This document shows, piece after piece, positions 24,543 to 35,049 of a DNA stretch of 64,000 bases (position 1 is the first letter of the stretch; each line of letters starts with the position of its first letter). The position numbers and the translations under genes were made by a program. Source of the DNA: a virus. The notes under the pieces were generated by a model. That model was given only the letters and a program-made list of their open reading frames with translations. It had not been told where the DNA came from and made no database searches. The stretch covers positions 1 through 64,000 of the IMG/VR virus record IMGVR_UViG_3300034102_001457; one strand, given 5' to 3'.

Positions 24543-27500
24543 ATGTCAAGAAGACAAATAGAACACGCATACTACGTATTTAAGCCAGAATTAGATCAGA
24601 TTATTATTCCAAGAATAGTAAGACAAGATCGATTGATGCTTATCACAAATACGACACAAGGTAAGGTCATCTACAACTTCTCCGATCCTAATTTAACTGC
24701 AATATCTTTTTCAGTAGACAATGAAGTTGGCTATGAGCCAAAGACAATTATTACTCTTAAGTACAACTGTGCATCAATGGCTGCTACCGATCAACTTGCA
24801 ATCATTGTTGACGAGCCAGCAGAAACAGTAACATTTACAGAGCCGCTTATGGATGCGGTAAATAAACTTAGAGTCGCCCCACCACAATCTTTAATGGATA
24901 CAGACTTTGAATATGGTATTCAGAGCTCTAAGTGGGAAGCCTTGGTATTAACATCAAATTACCCATCATTCTTTTCTAGAGCAACAGGCGGAAACTCATT
25001 TGACGTAGTAAGCGTAACTGGCGATGGCGCAGCGCCAAGATCTACAGTTACTGTAGTTGTTTCTAGCCCAGCAACAGAACTTGTTGCAGGAGATGTTGTT
25101 TCACTTCAAGATACAAAAAATCCTTTAGCTGAAGGAACTTTCCCAGTTGAAACAGTAAGCGCAGACGGATTTACATTTACATATTTAGCAAGCGGAATTG
25201 TTTCTGGATCAATTTCAGATGGAAGCCTTACATCAGTTACTGGTGGAGGAATCTTCGATAACGCACACATTCCAGGCGGAAACGATTCTCTCGGACTTCA
25301 AGGATGGTCTGCAAACTCAGACGGAGCAGCACAATCTACAATTACAATTACAACAAGCACAGCTCATGGACTTCTTCCAGGAACACCAATTCTAATCGGA
25401 AGCCAGAATGCAAATTGCTCAATCAAGGGATCTTGGAGAATATTTAACGTCTCAAGTCCAAATCAAATGAAGTTTAAAATGGATTCACAGGTTTCTAACC
25501 CAATTGTCACAAATGGCGTAGGACTTTATGCAAAGCCAAATGGTTATGTTCAGCACAGACCACACGATGGAGGAGTTATTCTTTCAACAACAGACAATGT
25601 CTGTGGAGTAAGAGTTATTCGTCAAACACGTCGTCACTTTAGATATCAGTCAGGAAAGTCAATTCAGTTCTCAACTGGTGTAAAGTTTACCCCTACGTTT
25701 GACGTAGATCAGATATCTGTAGCTGGAGTTTTGATTGGAAATCAGGTTGTAACAGTCCGTACAATTCAAGATCACGGAATGCAACCAGGAGCAAAAATTA
25801 AGGTAGACGGAGTTCAAACAGCAGGAACTTACAACCCATGGAATGGCAAGTTTACGGTTACAAATGTTTTAGGAACAAATGAGTTCCAATATATAATGCC
25901 TATTACACAAAATTTAACTGCTACTGATCAGTTCCCAGGAGGAGTTGACGTAACAATTACTGTTTACAAGTGGGAAGGTGCTGCAACAAGAACTGGTATG
26001 TACAATGACCAAAACGGATTCTTCCTTGAATACGATGGCACATACCTATATGCGGTTAGAAGATTCTCTAAGAAAGATCTTTTTGGTAAAATTGCTGCAA
26101 CTAAGTTTTCAAACACAATTACTGGTATAAATACAAGATTCAGAAAGCAGTTGCTGGTCGGAGACCAGATTGTTATTAAGGGAGCAAACTACACAGTTAT
26201 TGAAATTGCATCAGACACTAATATGAAGGTTAGCCCTGCATATAAGGGAGATTCTCTAACAAACTCATCTTATGTTATAACTCAAGAAATTAGAGTTCCT
26301 CAGACCGAGTGGAACGTAGACAAGCTAGATGGTAAGGGACCTTCAGGATACACATTGGACCCAGCATTGATGCAGATGGCCTACATTGACTACACATGGT
26401 ATGGTGCGGGATTTATTAGATTCGGATTTAGAGGCACAGAAGGAAATATTGTTTATTGCCACAAGATGCCTAACAACAATAGAAACACAGAAGCTTACAT
26501 GCGTTCTGGAAACCTTCCAGCAAGATATGAAGCTATTAACTCACCATTCTTTAGCACAAAGCTAAAGGCGGGATCATCAGGAATTGTTGGATCTCCATTA
26601 TCCCCAACAATGATTGTTATGTATGTTGATAGTGTTAAATTCTGGCCAGACCAAGGATTCTTGGTTATAAAAGACGACACCAATTTTGAAATTTGTTCTT
26701 ATACAATTACTAATAGAGAATATAATGCAATTGCACAAGGATATCCTGTTAATATTAACAGAAGACAGCCAATGACCTCTTATCTACAGGGTCAGGCAGT
26801 TCAGCTATCAGGATCTTCTAGCAATGCAACATATCTTCCAGATAATACTATTACAAATGGAACTGGAACTGCACAAGTTTCTGTTCAAACAATTACAAAT
26901 ACCTGTGCTCCAGTAATTAGCCACTGGGGATCATCTGTTATCATGGACGGTAAGTTTGATGATGATAAGAACTTTATCTTTACCGCTGGTATGCAGAGAT
27001 TCGTAAACGTTGCAGGTTCTGGTGAAGTTATTGCAAAGATTGCTTCAAAGTCTGCTACATCAGGTGTTGCAACAGTAACAACTGCTGCACCGCACCAGTT
27101 GCAGGTTGGATATCCAATTAGAATTTCTGACGTAAATACTTCAGCATCAATAACAAGTATTGTAAGAACTTCTGCATCTACAATAAGAGTTACAACTCAG
27201 GGTTCTCACAACTTTGTTCAAGACCAAAACGTAACTATATCAAATTCAGTTCTTTCTAGAAACCTTCAAAATGGACAGATTCAAACTACCGCAATAGTTG
27301 GTGTCTTGAACGGGATTAGAACAATATCTGCAGTGCCATCGTCAAACCAGTTCGATGTAATCCTTGCAGGTGTATATGGATACACTGCTCAGCCTCAAAC
27401 AAATTCAAGCGCTGTAGAAAGTTCAACATTTAATGGAACATTTACAGTAAGCGCAGTAACAAGCAATACAATTCAGTACACGATACCATTTGGAACTACA

Positions 27501-28103
27501 ATTCCAACAAGTATTGTTACCCCTCAAGGATCCGCTTCACAGAGCTTTGGTTCTTCAGCAATTGCAAGACCACTTCTTTCAATCAGAATTGCTCCTTCAG
27601 CAGATAATGGAATTGGAAGAAATTACGGTAAGAGAGAAACTCTTAACACTATGCAGCTAGCACTAAGTTCGCTTGGTATTCTTGCTCAGGGAGCATTCTT
27701 GATTCAGGGTATATATAACCCATCAGCTTTCCCTACTGGAGTAAACCTTCCAGGCGATTGGGAAACTATTAGAATCCCTGGTGGATCTCTAGCACAGGTT
27801 ATCTACCATGATAATACTGGTAGAACAGGTTCTACTGTAACCAACCCTATAACAACAATCAGAGGTGGAGATCAGGCGTTTGCTTTCTACACCGACGGTA
27901 CTGGTGGTACAAACTACTCAGCTACAACATTTGATTTGTCAAAGGTTAAGGATCTTGGAACATCAATTCTTTCTGGTGATGGAAACTTTAAAGCACCAGG
28001 ATTCCCAAATGGTCCAGATATTTTAACAATCGTCGCAACAAACCTAGGATTAACATCTGGAGATATTTCAGCCCGTTTATCTTGGACAGAAGCTCAGGCA
28101 TAA
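24543..28103 (+). CDS. Large virion structural protein (beta-rich repeats)
   Basis: 1186 aa with repeated T...HG/L..G...I modules. Confidence 0.7.
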   Translation: MSRRQIEHAYYVFKPELDQIIIPRIVRQDRLMLITNTTQGKVIYNFSDPNLTAISFSVDNEVGYEPKTIITLKYNCASMAATDQLAIIVDEPAETVTFTEPLMDAVNKLRVAPPQSLMDTDFEYGIQSSKWEALVLTSNYPSFFSRATGGNSFDVVSVTGDGAAPRSTVTVVVSSPATELVAGDVVSLQDTKNPLAEGTFPVETVSADGFTFTYLASGIVSGSISDGSLTSVTGGGIFDNAHIPGGNDSLGLQGWSANSDGAAQSTITITTSTAHGLLPGTPILIGSQNANCSIKGSWRIFNVSSPNQMKFKMDSQVSNPIVTNGVGLYAKPNGYVQHRPHDGGVILSTTDNVCGVRVIRQTRRHFRYQSGKSIQFSTGVKFTPTFDVDQISVAGVLIGNQVVTVRTIQDHGMQPGAKIKVDGVQTAGTYNPWNGKFTVTNVLGTNEFQYIMPITQNLTATDQFPGGVDVTITVYKWEGAATRTGMYNDQNGFFLEYDGTYLYAVRRFSKKDLFGKIAATKFSNTITGINTRFRKQLLVGDQIVIKGANYTVIEIASDTNMKVSPAYKGDSLTNSSYVITQEIRVPQTEWNVDKLDGKGPSGYTLDPALMQMAYIDYTWYGAGFIRFGFRGTEGNIVYCHKMPNNNRNTEAYMRSGNLPARYEAINSPFFSTKLKAGSSGIVGSPLSPTMIVMYVDSVKFWPDQGFLVIKDDTNFEICSYTITNREYNAIAQGYPVNINRRQPMTSYLQGQAVQLSGSSSNATYLPDNTITNGTGTAQVSVQTITNTCAPVISHWGSSVIMDGKFDDDKNFIFTAGMQRFVNVAGSGEVIAKIASKSATSGVATVTTAAPHQLQVGYPIRISDVNTSASITSIVRTSASTIRVTTQGSHNFVQDQNVTISNSVLSRNLQNGQIQTTAIVGVLNGIRTISAVPSSNQFDVILAGVYGYTAQPQTNSSAVESSTFNGTFTVSAVTSNTIQYTIPFGTTIPTSIVTPQGSASQSFGSSAIARPLLSIRIAPSADNGIGRNYGKRETLNTMQLALSSLGILAQGAFLIQGIYNPSAFPTGVNLPGDWETIRIPGGSLAQVIYHDNTGRTGSTVTNPITTIRGGDQAFAFYTDGTGGTNYSATTFDLSKVKDLGTSILSGDGNFKAPGFPNGPDILTIVATNLGLTSGDISARLSWTEAQA

Positions 28104-28115
28104 AAGGAGTATAAA

Positions 28116-30767
28116 ATGGCAGTATCAGATGTCCCAATAATTGGCACGGCTACCAAAACTGGATCGACAACAGCAACAGTAGCATTTGCGGCACCACTTA
28201 ATGATGGTGGCTCTACAATTACTAACTATACTGCCTTATCAACTCCTGGCAGTATAACTGCATCATCGGCAACATCTCCAATTACAGTCACAGGATTAAA
28301 CCCTGGAACAGAATATACTTTTACTGTAACGGCTACAAATGGAGATGGCGTATCTGGTCCTTCTGCTCCAAGTAATAGCATTACAACAGATGCTGTTGTT
28401 CCTGATGCTCCAACTGTTGGAACAGCTACAAAAACTGGAACAACAACTGCAACTTTAGCATTTCTCCCACCAACTTCTAATGGTGGTAGGCCAGTTACTA
28501 GTTATACAGTAACTTCTCTTCCTGGTAGCATTACAGCTACTGGAACATCTTCTCCAGTTTCAATTACGGGACTGACTTCAGGAACACAATATACATTTAC
28601 GGTAACAGCTACAAACTCTATTGGTACCTCTAGCCCCTCACAGGCAAGTAATGCTGTAACTACAGATTACGTAAATCCTAACAGCCCAGGTGCACCAACA
28701 ATTGGAACTGCTGCAAAGACTGGTTCAACAACAGCAAATGTTCCATTCACAGCGCCAGCATCAGATGGCGGATATGCAATTACTACATACACTGCCATAT
28801 CAACTCCTGGTGGTATTACTGGAACACTTTCTCAAGCAGGCAGCGGAACAGTTCCCGTTACTGGACTAACCCCTGGAACAGATTATACATTCGTAGTATT
28901 TGCAACAAACTCACAAGGCGCTGGTAGTAACTCATCTGCAAGTAATACAATTACAACAGATGCAGCAGCACCTAGCGCCCCTTTAAATCCTGTAGCTACT
29001 AAATTAAGCTCAACAACTGCAAGAGTTACGTTTAATGAGCCAGCTACAAGCAATGGAGCAGCAGTAACTACTTACACAGTTACATCAACTCCTGGAAATG
29101 TCACTGCCACTGGATCAGGATCTCCTATTACAGTTACAGGACTAACTGCTGCAACAGCCTATTCATTTACAGTAACAGCTACAAACTCCGCTGGCACATC
29201 TGTTGCCTCAGCGCCAAGTAATCAGATTGTTTCAGATGCCACAGTTCCTGGAGTACCAACTGTTGGTACAGCAGTAAAGCTAACATCAACATCAGCACGG
29301 ATTCCATTTACGCCACCAGCTTCAAATGGTGGAGCAGCAATTTCTAACTACACAGTTACATCAACTCCTGGCAACATCGTTGCCTCATCAACAACATCAC
29401 CTATTACTATTACAGGATTAACTCCTGCGACATCATACACATTTACCGTAAAGGCAACTAACTTTGTTGGAGACGGAAACGCTTCCGCTTCAAGTAACAG
29501 CATAACAACAGACGCAGCAGACGTATTTGCACCAGATGCCCCAACAATAGGAACAGCAACAAAAACAGGATCTACAACAGCAACTGCTGCGTTTACTGCT
29601 CCAGCTTCAAATGGTGGCGCAGCAATCATTGGATACATTGGTACATCAACCCCTGGTGGCATTATTGCTTCATCAACAACATCGCCAATGACTTTCACAG
29701 GATTAACTCCTGCTACACACTATACATTTAAGGTAAGAGCAGTTAACTCTGTTGGCACTGGACCTGAATCAGCTGCAAGTAATATTGTAAATACAGACAG
29801 TGCTCCTCCTGGACCACCAACTGTTGGAATTGCTTCAAAAACTGGAGCAACAACTGCAGTACTTGCATTTACTCCACCAACCGTAACTAACGGTCAGACA
29901 ATTACTGGATACACTGTTTCATCAACCCCAATCGGTGGATCAGGTGCAGGAGCCACATCCCCAATACTTGTGACAGGTCTTACTCCAGCAACAGCCTACA
30001 CCTTTAAGGTTAGAGCGATTACAAGCTCTTCTGAGGGTGAGCAATCAAATTCAAGTAATATTATTACAACTGACTTTGGAAGCTCAGCTAACTACGCTAC
30101 ATTGTCAAATCAAATTGAGACAATCAAGACAAAAATTAATGCTTTAACATCTACAAACTTAAATGCAGAGCAGATTTTGTATGTGTCAAAGTCTTTAGTT
30201 ACTTTATCTGAGGCACTAGGCGTAGAAGATGTTGTTGAAGCCACCGCAAATGCAATTGAAAGAATTGATGATGCTGGAGCGGCAGCAATTACGCTTGTTA
30301 GCGGAACAGCTAATGGGGCAGCAGTTGCAAATCTAAGCAATAAGTATACTGCACTACAGGCAACATATGACAATATTAATCCTAGAGTAACCTCTCTTGA
30401 AGGAGTGATTACAAATCAAGAATCAAATATTGCATCAGCATCAGCCCTAGCAGTAAGCGCTGGATATAATCCATGGCAAATTTTAACAGCTAACAAGCTT
30501 CTAGTAAATAGAGATAGAGTTTTTGTTAACACACCAGCACTTGGCGGTGGAGTAGGTGGATTAACATTAACACTTCCAGCAGGACCTGCAATAGGACATG
30601 TTGTAGAGATAGTAGATATTTCTGGAAATGCATCAACAAACTTCTTTACTATAGCTAGAAATGGCGAAAGAATTCAAGGAGTAGAGGAAGACCTTATCTT
30701 CAACGTAAACAATAAGGCTATGAAATTAATATATTCAAATACTGCAAAAGGATGGAGAATCGCATAA
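28116..30767 (+). CDS. Seven-FN3-repeat virion protein
   Basis: 7x P.APT.GTA...F..P..NGG..IT.Y...GL.P.T.Y.F.V.A.N. Confidence 0.85.
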   Translation: MAVSDVPIIGTATKTGSTTATVAFAAPLNDGGSTITNYTALSTPGSITASSATSPITVTGLNPGTEYTFTVTATNGDGVSGPSAPSNSITTDAVVPDAPTVGTATKTGTTTATLAFLPPTSNGGRPVTSYTVTSLPGSITATGTSSPVSITGLTSGTQYTFTVTATNSIGTSSPSQASNAVTTDYVNPNSPGAPTIGTAAKTGSTTANVPFTAPASDGGYAITTYTAISTPGGITGTLSQAGSGTVPVTGLTPGTDYTFVVFATNSQGAGSNSSASNTITTDAAAPSAPLNPVATKLSSTTARVTFNEPATSNGAAVTTYTVTSTPGNVTATGSGSPITVTGLTAATAYSFTVTATNSAGTSVASAPSNQIVSDATVPGVPTVGTAVKLTSTSARIPFTPPASNGGAAISNYTVTSTPGNIVASSTTSPITITGLTPATSYTFTVKATNFVGDGNASASSNSITTDAADVFAPDAPTIGTATKTGSTTATAAFTAPASNGGAAIIGYIGTSTPGGIIASSTTSPMTFTGLTPATHYTFKVRAVNSVGTGPESAASNIVNTDSAPPGPPTVGIASKTGATTAVLAFTPPTVTNGQTITGYTVSSTPIGGSGAGATSPILVTGLTPATAYTFKVRAITSSSEGEQSNSSNIITTDFGSSANYATLSNQIETIKTKINALTSTNLNAEQILYVSKSLVTLSEALGVEDVVEATANAIERIDDAGAAAITLVSGTANGAAVANLSNKYTALQATYDNINPRVTSLEGVITNQESNIASASALAVSAGYNPWQILTANKLLVNRDRVFVNTPALGGGVGGLTLTLPAGPAIGHVVEIVDISGNASTNFFTIARNGERIQGVEEDLIFNVNNKAMKLIYSNTAKGWRIA

Positions 30768-31702
30768 TGGCATCATTAGACACGCTTTTAACATTATCGT
30801 CAGGACTTAAAGCGTCCGAACTAGCAACTCTAGGAGTAACTGGAGCATCGCTAGGAATTACTCCAGCATCTCTTGGAGTGGTAGATGCAGAATCAAGAAT
30901 GAATAGAGAAGTAACTGACGGCACACGTCGTCCTTACATGATCCCTACAATTACAACAGTAAATGAAAGAAACCAGTCATGGTGGCAAATTTGGTCATCT
31001 GGAGACCCATGGACAGGCTACTACAATTATTTAACTGGAACAACGCAGGCGGATTGCGAAAGAGCATTCTGGTTCTCTCTTGGAACAAATACTAGACAGA
31101 ATACCGTAGGCTATGCTACAAGCTCATTTGACAACAATAGATTAATCTATGCAAAGAACTCTGTAGTAGGAAATGACGATGTTCATATTGCTCACGGAAG
31201 AAACTCCGCATACTCACCATTTAGACTAAGAACTATGTTCCTTAGAAATCATCATCCAACCCTACAAAAGACAGTATCGATGTGGGGAAGCTATTCAAAT
31301 TACTGGGCATCTGGTCATGATGGCTCAGGAGTTTGTATTGGAACACCTAATACAAGCGGTAATTATAATACCGTTACTGATATTAGCTGGTCAGTTCCAG
31401 TAAATAGAACTGGTGGAAACTCATACTACCAGTGGTCATGGAACGTAACAATTCCAGCCAAGACAACTGTAGTTGTTGTACAAACTAATACAATGTACTA
31501 CTGGCAGTCAGGGTATGTTCACTGGTACCTAGATCAAAATATGTTCTATGATTTGCATACTACATTTTCTGATTTCTGGATTCAGCCAGATCTTAAAATG
31601 ACTCAAGCAGCACTTCAATATAATGATCAATTAAATGAATTTAACGTAAAAAGCTCCTGGCGCATTTGGGCCAGAACAGCAGAAATGTTTGGTAACCGAT
31701 AA
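30767..31702 (+). CDS. Putative receptor-binding/fibre tip protein
   Basis: Aromatic/Asn-rich; followed by a fibre chaperone gene. Confidence 0.55.
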   Translation: MASLDTLLTLSSGLKASELATLGVTGASLGITPASLGVVDAESRMNREVTDGTRRPYMIPTITTVNERNQSWWQIWSSGDPWTGYYNYLTGTTQADCERAFWFSLGTNTRQNTVGYATSSFDNNRLIYAKNSVVGNDDVHIAHGRNSAYSPFRLRTMFLRNHHPTLQKTVSMWGSYSNYWASGHDGSGVCIGTPNTSGNYNTVTDISWSVPVNRTGGNSYYQWSWNVTIPAKTTVVVVQTNTMYYWQSGYVHWYLDQNMFYDLHTTFSDFWIQPDLKMTQAALQYNDQLNEFNVKSSWRIWARTAEMFGNR

Positions 31703-32079
31703 TGTACTACATTAAATTTGACGCAAATAATATTCAAGAGCAGATGATTCTTTCCGAAGAAAATCCAGGTGCTGGATGGCACGGAGTCGGAGAAGATATT
31801 GATGGCAAGATGTTTAAATTAGTATCTGGAGCACCCATTGCTATGACAGACGAAGAGAAAGATGAATATTATCTTTCACTAAAAACTACATATTCATATG
31901 CTGCTCTAAGGGCAGATAGAAATGAAATGCTAATGAGATCAGACTGGACTCAATTACCAAATTCTGGTTTATCAGAAGCAAAAAGAGCAGAATGGGAAAC
32001 CTATAGACAAGCGCTTAGGGACCTCCCAGAAACAATGACGGAAGACCTTGAATATACTCTTCCAGAGGTTCCAGCATAA
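31702..32079 (+). CDS. Tail fibre assembly chaperone
   Basis: RNEML..SDWTQL...W..YRQALRDLP. Confidence 0.85.
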   Translation: MYYIKFDANNIQEQMILSEENPGAGWHGVGEDIDGKMFKLVSGAPIAMTDEEKDEYYLSLKTTYSYAALRADRNEMLMRSDWTQLPNSGLSEAKRAEWETYRQALRDLPETMTEDLEYTLPEVPA

Positions 32080-32116
32080 TGAATTTTATGATACAATATT
32101 CTAGAGGAGTAACAAA

Positions 32117-32440
32117 ATGACAACACTTACCGCACAAATTGAGCTAGCAAAGACAAAGATCAATGCTTTGTCAGCAGCTACACTTACATCACAAGACATC
32201 GTATTCTTGGCTAAATCCCTTGAGTCCCTTGGATCACTCCTAGGAGTTAATGACATTGTGGCAGTAACAAATACAAAAATTTCAGAGATAACAAATGCAT
32301 CTAGCGGACAGGTTCAAACAATTACTAATGCTGGGTCTTCTCAGGTAAATGCTGTGGTTACTTCTGGAAATCAACAAATCGCATTAGTACAATCAGCAGT
32401 AGATAACTACAATCTATTCGTAAACATGGGAGTAATATAA
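32117..32440 (+). CDS. Helical adaptor protein
   Basis: Paralogous to the post-FN3 segment of 28116-30767 (QIE..KTKINAL). Confidence 0.6.
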   Translation: MTTLTAQIELAKTKINALSAATLTSQDIVFLAKSLESLGSLLGVNDIVAVTNTKISEITNASSGQVQTITNAGSSQVNAVVTSGNQQIALVQSAVDNYNLFVNMGVI

Positions 32441-32441
32441 A

Positions 32442-32759
32442 ATGGCACAAATTAGTTTACCAGCAAGAATATTCGGTGGAACAGTTCCAGTAACTGAATC
32501 TCAGGTGTATACAGTTCCAGCGGGAGAGACAGATGTAATTACATCTATTACCCTATGTAACACTACCGATGTTGCACAACAGTCAAGCGCAAAGTTTGCA
32601 GGAATTTTCTTTTACAAGAACATTGACCTAGCACCTCGTCAGATCACAGTTATAGATGTTAAGCAGGTTCTAAATGCAGGAGATGCAATTATTCTCAGTG
32701 CAGGTTTAGCAAACTCTGTTAACGTCTTTATCTCTGGCGTCAAAATAACAACAATTTAA
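32442..32759 (+). CDS. Small structural protein
   Basis: Paralog of 37633-37965 (ISGV tail). Confidence 0.6.
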   Translation: MAQISLPARIFGGTVPVTESQVYTVPAGETDVITSITLCNTTDVAQQSSAKFAGIFFYKNIDLAPRQITVIDVKQVLNAGDAIILSAGLANSVNVFISGVKITTI

Positions 32760-32785
32760 TTAAAAATATTTAGGAGAAATAAAAA

Positions 32786-34297
32786 ATGGCAGTTGCAAAT
32801 ACAGTTACGCAAATTGTTCTACCTGGCATAGACAAGGTAGTTCAAGATCAGACCACGGCAGCACTGGCTTCAAACCCAACAGTCGCAGCGATCATATCAA
32901 ATCTTGCACAGTCTGGAAGCACAGCGCAACTAAATGCAGCAATTGCAAACGCAAATGCCGTAGTTACAGAGCTTCCTTCTGTAAACGCTCTGCCTACATT
33001 TGCAACGTATTCATGCCGAGACAACAGACCGTTTTGGAATATTTACAACAGTAGATTCAGACCAATCGATGCAGGAAGCCAACACACTGACTCAGAACTT
33101 TGGGCACCATGGGCTGGATGGAACTATACAAACTCACTTATTGGCTCAAGCACAGTAACCACATCTTGGAGTCAAGCAACACCATTTCAGCAGGCAGACG
33201 GACACTGGATGATGAGACTTATGGCGGGTAACAGAACTTATACCGCAGTAAATCCTGATGTTATGCAGTCATACATGCCTTACTTTGGAGTTGTTATTGG
33301 AAAGCGTGGAATCAGACAGAACTTCTCTTTATTTAGCTCAAACAACACATTAAGAATTATGGAACGTGGAATTGCTGAAGGATATTACGAAACTATAAAT
33401 CTTAACCAATCAATATATTCTACATGGACTGGACAGGGAGTAACCTATGGTTCAGCTGGCTACAACGATAGAACTAGAACGCTTGTAGTTATTCAAACAA
33501 TAGATGCAAATAATAACTACAGAATGCACATCTGGAAGAACGAAGGAACAGATAGATCTTTAAATAGCGACAATTACTACCCAGGAACACTGGCTGCTTT
33601 CTTAAGAGAAGCAAAAACAGGCCTACTTGATGCAGGTCAAGGCGCTGGAGCGGTTAGCTATGCATTTAGAGATTTCCAGTGGCAAGCAAGCAACTCTCAG
33701 AGCTATGATGAATCAAGATATCGTATGCGTGTGGTAGTTGGAGATAATGGAATTATTGGAATGGCAAGAATGGTTCCTTCAAATCAAAGTCAATATGCAA
33801 CATATAATCCAGCAACTTCACAACTGGTAACATCTTTTAATGCAATTGGACTTACAACTTCATATGGTATTGAGCAGGGTCAAAGATACGGAATGAGACA
33901 TCAAATATCTTGGGACAATAACTGGGTGGCAGCGTATAACTGCTACTACTACTATGGCTCAGGCATGAATGTTTATTTCATTGATACAAGAGATCCTAGA
34001 AATTACTTTATTGGCCAACATGGAACTACAAGCCACGGATGCCAAATAGTTCCTTACCAAGAAGATAAATTCTTGTTTAACGATTCTACTCACAACGTTG
34101 ACAACAACTACGGGCTAAGACTCTTTATTCAGGAGCCGCAAGCGGCGCTAGAAGGAAGAACTACGTCTTCAACTATAGCTAATGGTGGTAACTTAGGTTT
34201 AGTAAACAATCCACAGTGGGGTCTGTTTGATACAGACTACACAAGCACAAATTACCCAGGGCTCCAATCAATGGCGCACTGGACAAGAAGAGTATAA
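32786..34297 (+). CDS. Putative receptor-binding protein, paralog A
   Basis: Shares DFQWQ...YDESR, TTSYGIEQG and WDNNW with 35050-36603. Confidence 0.65.
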   Translation: MAVANTVTQIVLPGIDKVVQDQTTAALASNPTVAAIISNLAQSGSTAQLNAAIANANAVVTELPSVNALPTFATYSCRDNRPFWNIYNSRFRPIDAGSQHTDSELWAPWAGWNYTNSLIGSSTVTTSWSQATPFQQADGHWMMRLMAGNRTYTAVNPDVMQSYMPYFGVVIGKRGIRQNFSLFSSNNTLRIMERGIAEGYYETINLNQSIYSTWTGQGVTYGSAGYNDRTRTLVVIQTIDANNNYRMHIWKNEGTDRSLNSDNYYPGTLAAFLREAKTGLLDAGQGAGAVSYAFRDFQWQASNSQSYDESRYRMRVVVGDNGIIGMARMVPSNQSQYATYNPATSQLVTSFNAIGLTTSYGIEQGQRYGMRHQISWDNNWVAAYNCYYYYGSGMNVYFIDTRDPRNYFIGQHGTTSHGCQIVPYQEDKFLFNDSTHNVDNNYGLRLFIQEPQAALEGRTTSSTIANGGNLGLVNNPQWGLFDTDYTSTNYPGLQSMAHWTRRV

Positions 34298-34307
34298 GGG
34301 GAAAAAA

Positions 34308-34592
34308 ATGAAATTTAATTACTATGATGGAGTCGCATCCTTCAATGAAAACGGCGAATACGAGACAGACATTGTCACATCTTTGCCACATAGACTATCA
34401 GTTGTTGACGGAGTTGTTGTTGACAAATATCCAGGAATGACAGATAATGAAGTAAGGATTGCAGACCACGAAGCAGCACTTGAGCGTTTAGCACAAGATA
34501 GAGCTGAGTGGGATGAGTTGGATGACGAAATTAAAGCAAAAGTAGAGCGCCCAGCAGATTTGCCTGAGCTAGATCTACCAGAAGAGGAATAA
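34308..34592 (+). CDS. Small acidic protein (possible chaperone)
   Basis: AAGGGG RBS before ATG 34308. Confidence 0.6.
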   Translation: MKFNYYDGVASFNENGEYETDIVTSLPHRLSVVDGVVVDKYPGMTDNEVRIADHEAALERLAQDRAEWDELDDEIKAKVERPADLPELDLPEEE

Positions 34593-34593
34593 A

Positions 34594-35031
34594 ATGCCAA
34601 TTACACAGACCCCTAATTCAGTAGTACCAGCACTTTGGACTTACACATATCTCCAGGCTCCAATCAATGGACAAGGAAAGCCATATTTTAATATCCCAGC
34701 TCAGTTTGTTGATCTAGGAACCAAGTCAAGCGGAACCCTTACCCTAGACTTAGCGGCTTCAAATGTTTTTAGAGTAATTGCTGGAGGTAACTTTACAGTA
34801 GCCTTTTCAAACATTGCAAATACAGCAAGCGTAGCACAATTCTGGCAGATGGAAATAAAGTCTGGCGGAAGCTATACTATCAACTGGCCAGCAGGAATTG
34901 TATGGGATGGTGGCGGTGCTTCAAACATTCAGCCAGTACTATCACTAGATACAACAGTTTTAAATTTTTACACTAGAAATAATGGAACAACAATCTTCGG
35001 ATCATACGCATTCTCAGATTTGAAAATCTAA
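34594..35031 (+). CDS. Fibre-associated protein
   Basis: TINWP..I.W.GG motif. Confidence 0.6.
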   Translation: MPITQTPNSVVPALWTYTYLQAPINGQGKPYFNIPAQFVDLGTKSSGTLTLDLAASNVFRVIAGGNFTVAFSNIANTASVAQFWQMEIKSGGSYTINWPAGIVWDGGGASNIQPVLSLDTTVLNFYTRNNGTTIFGSYAFSDLKI

Positions 35032-35049
35032 CATAAATAGGAGAACAAA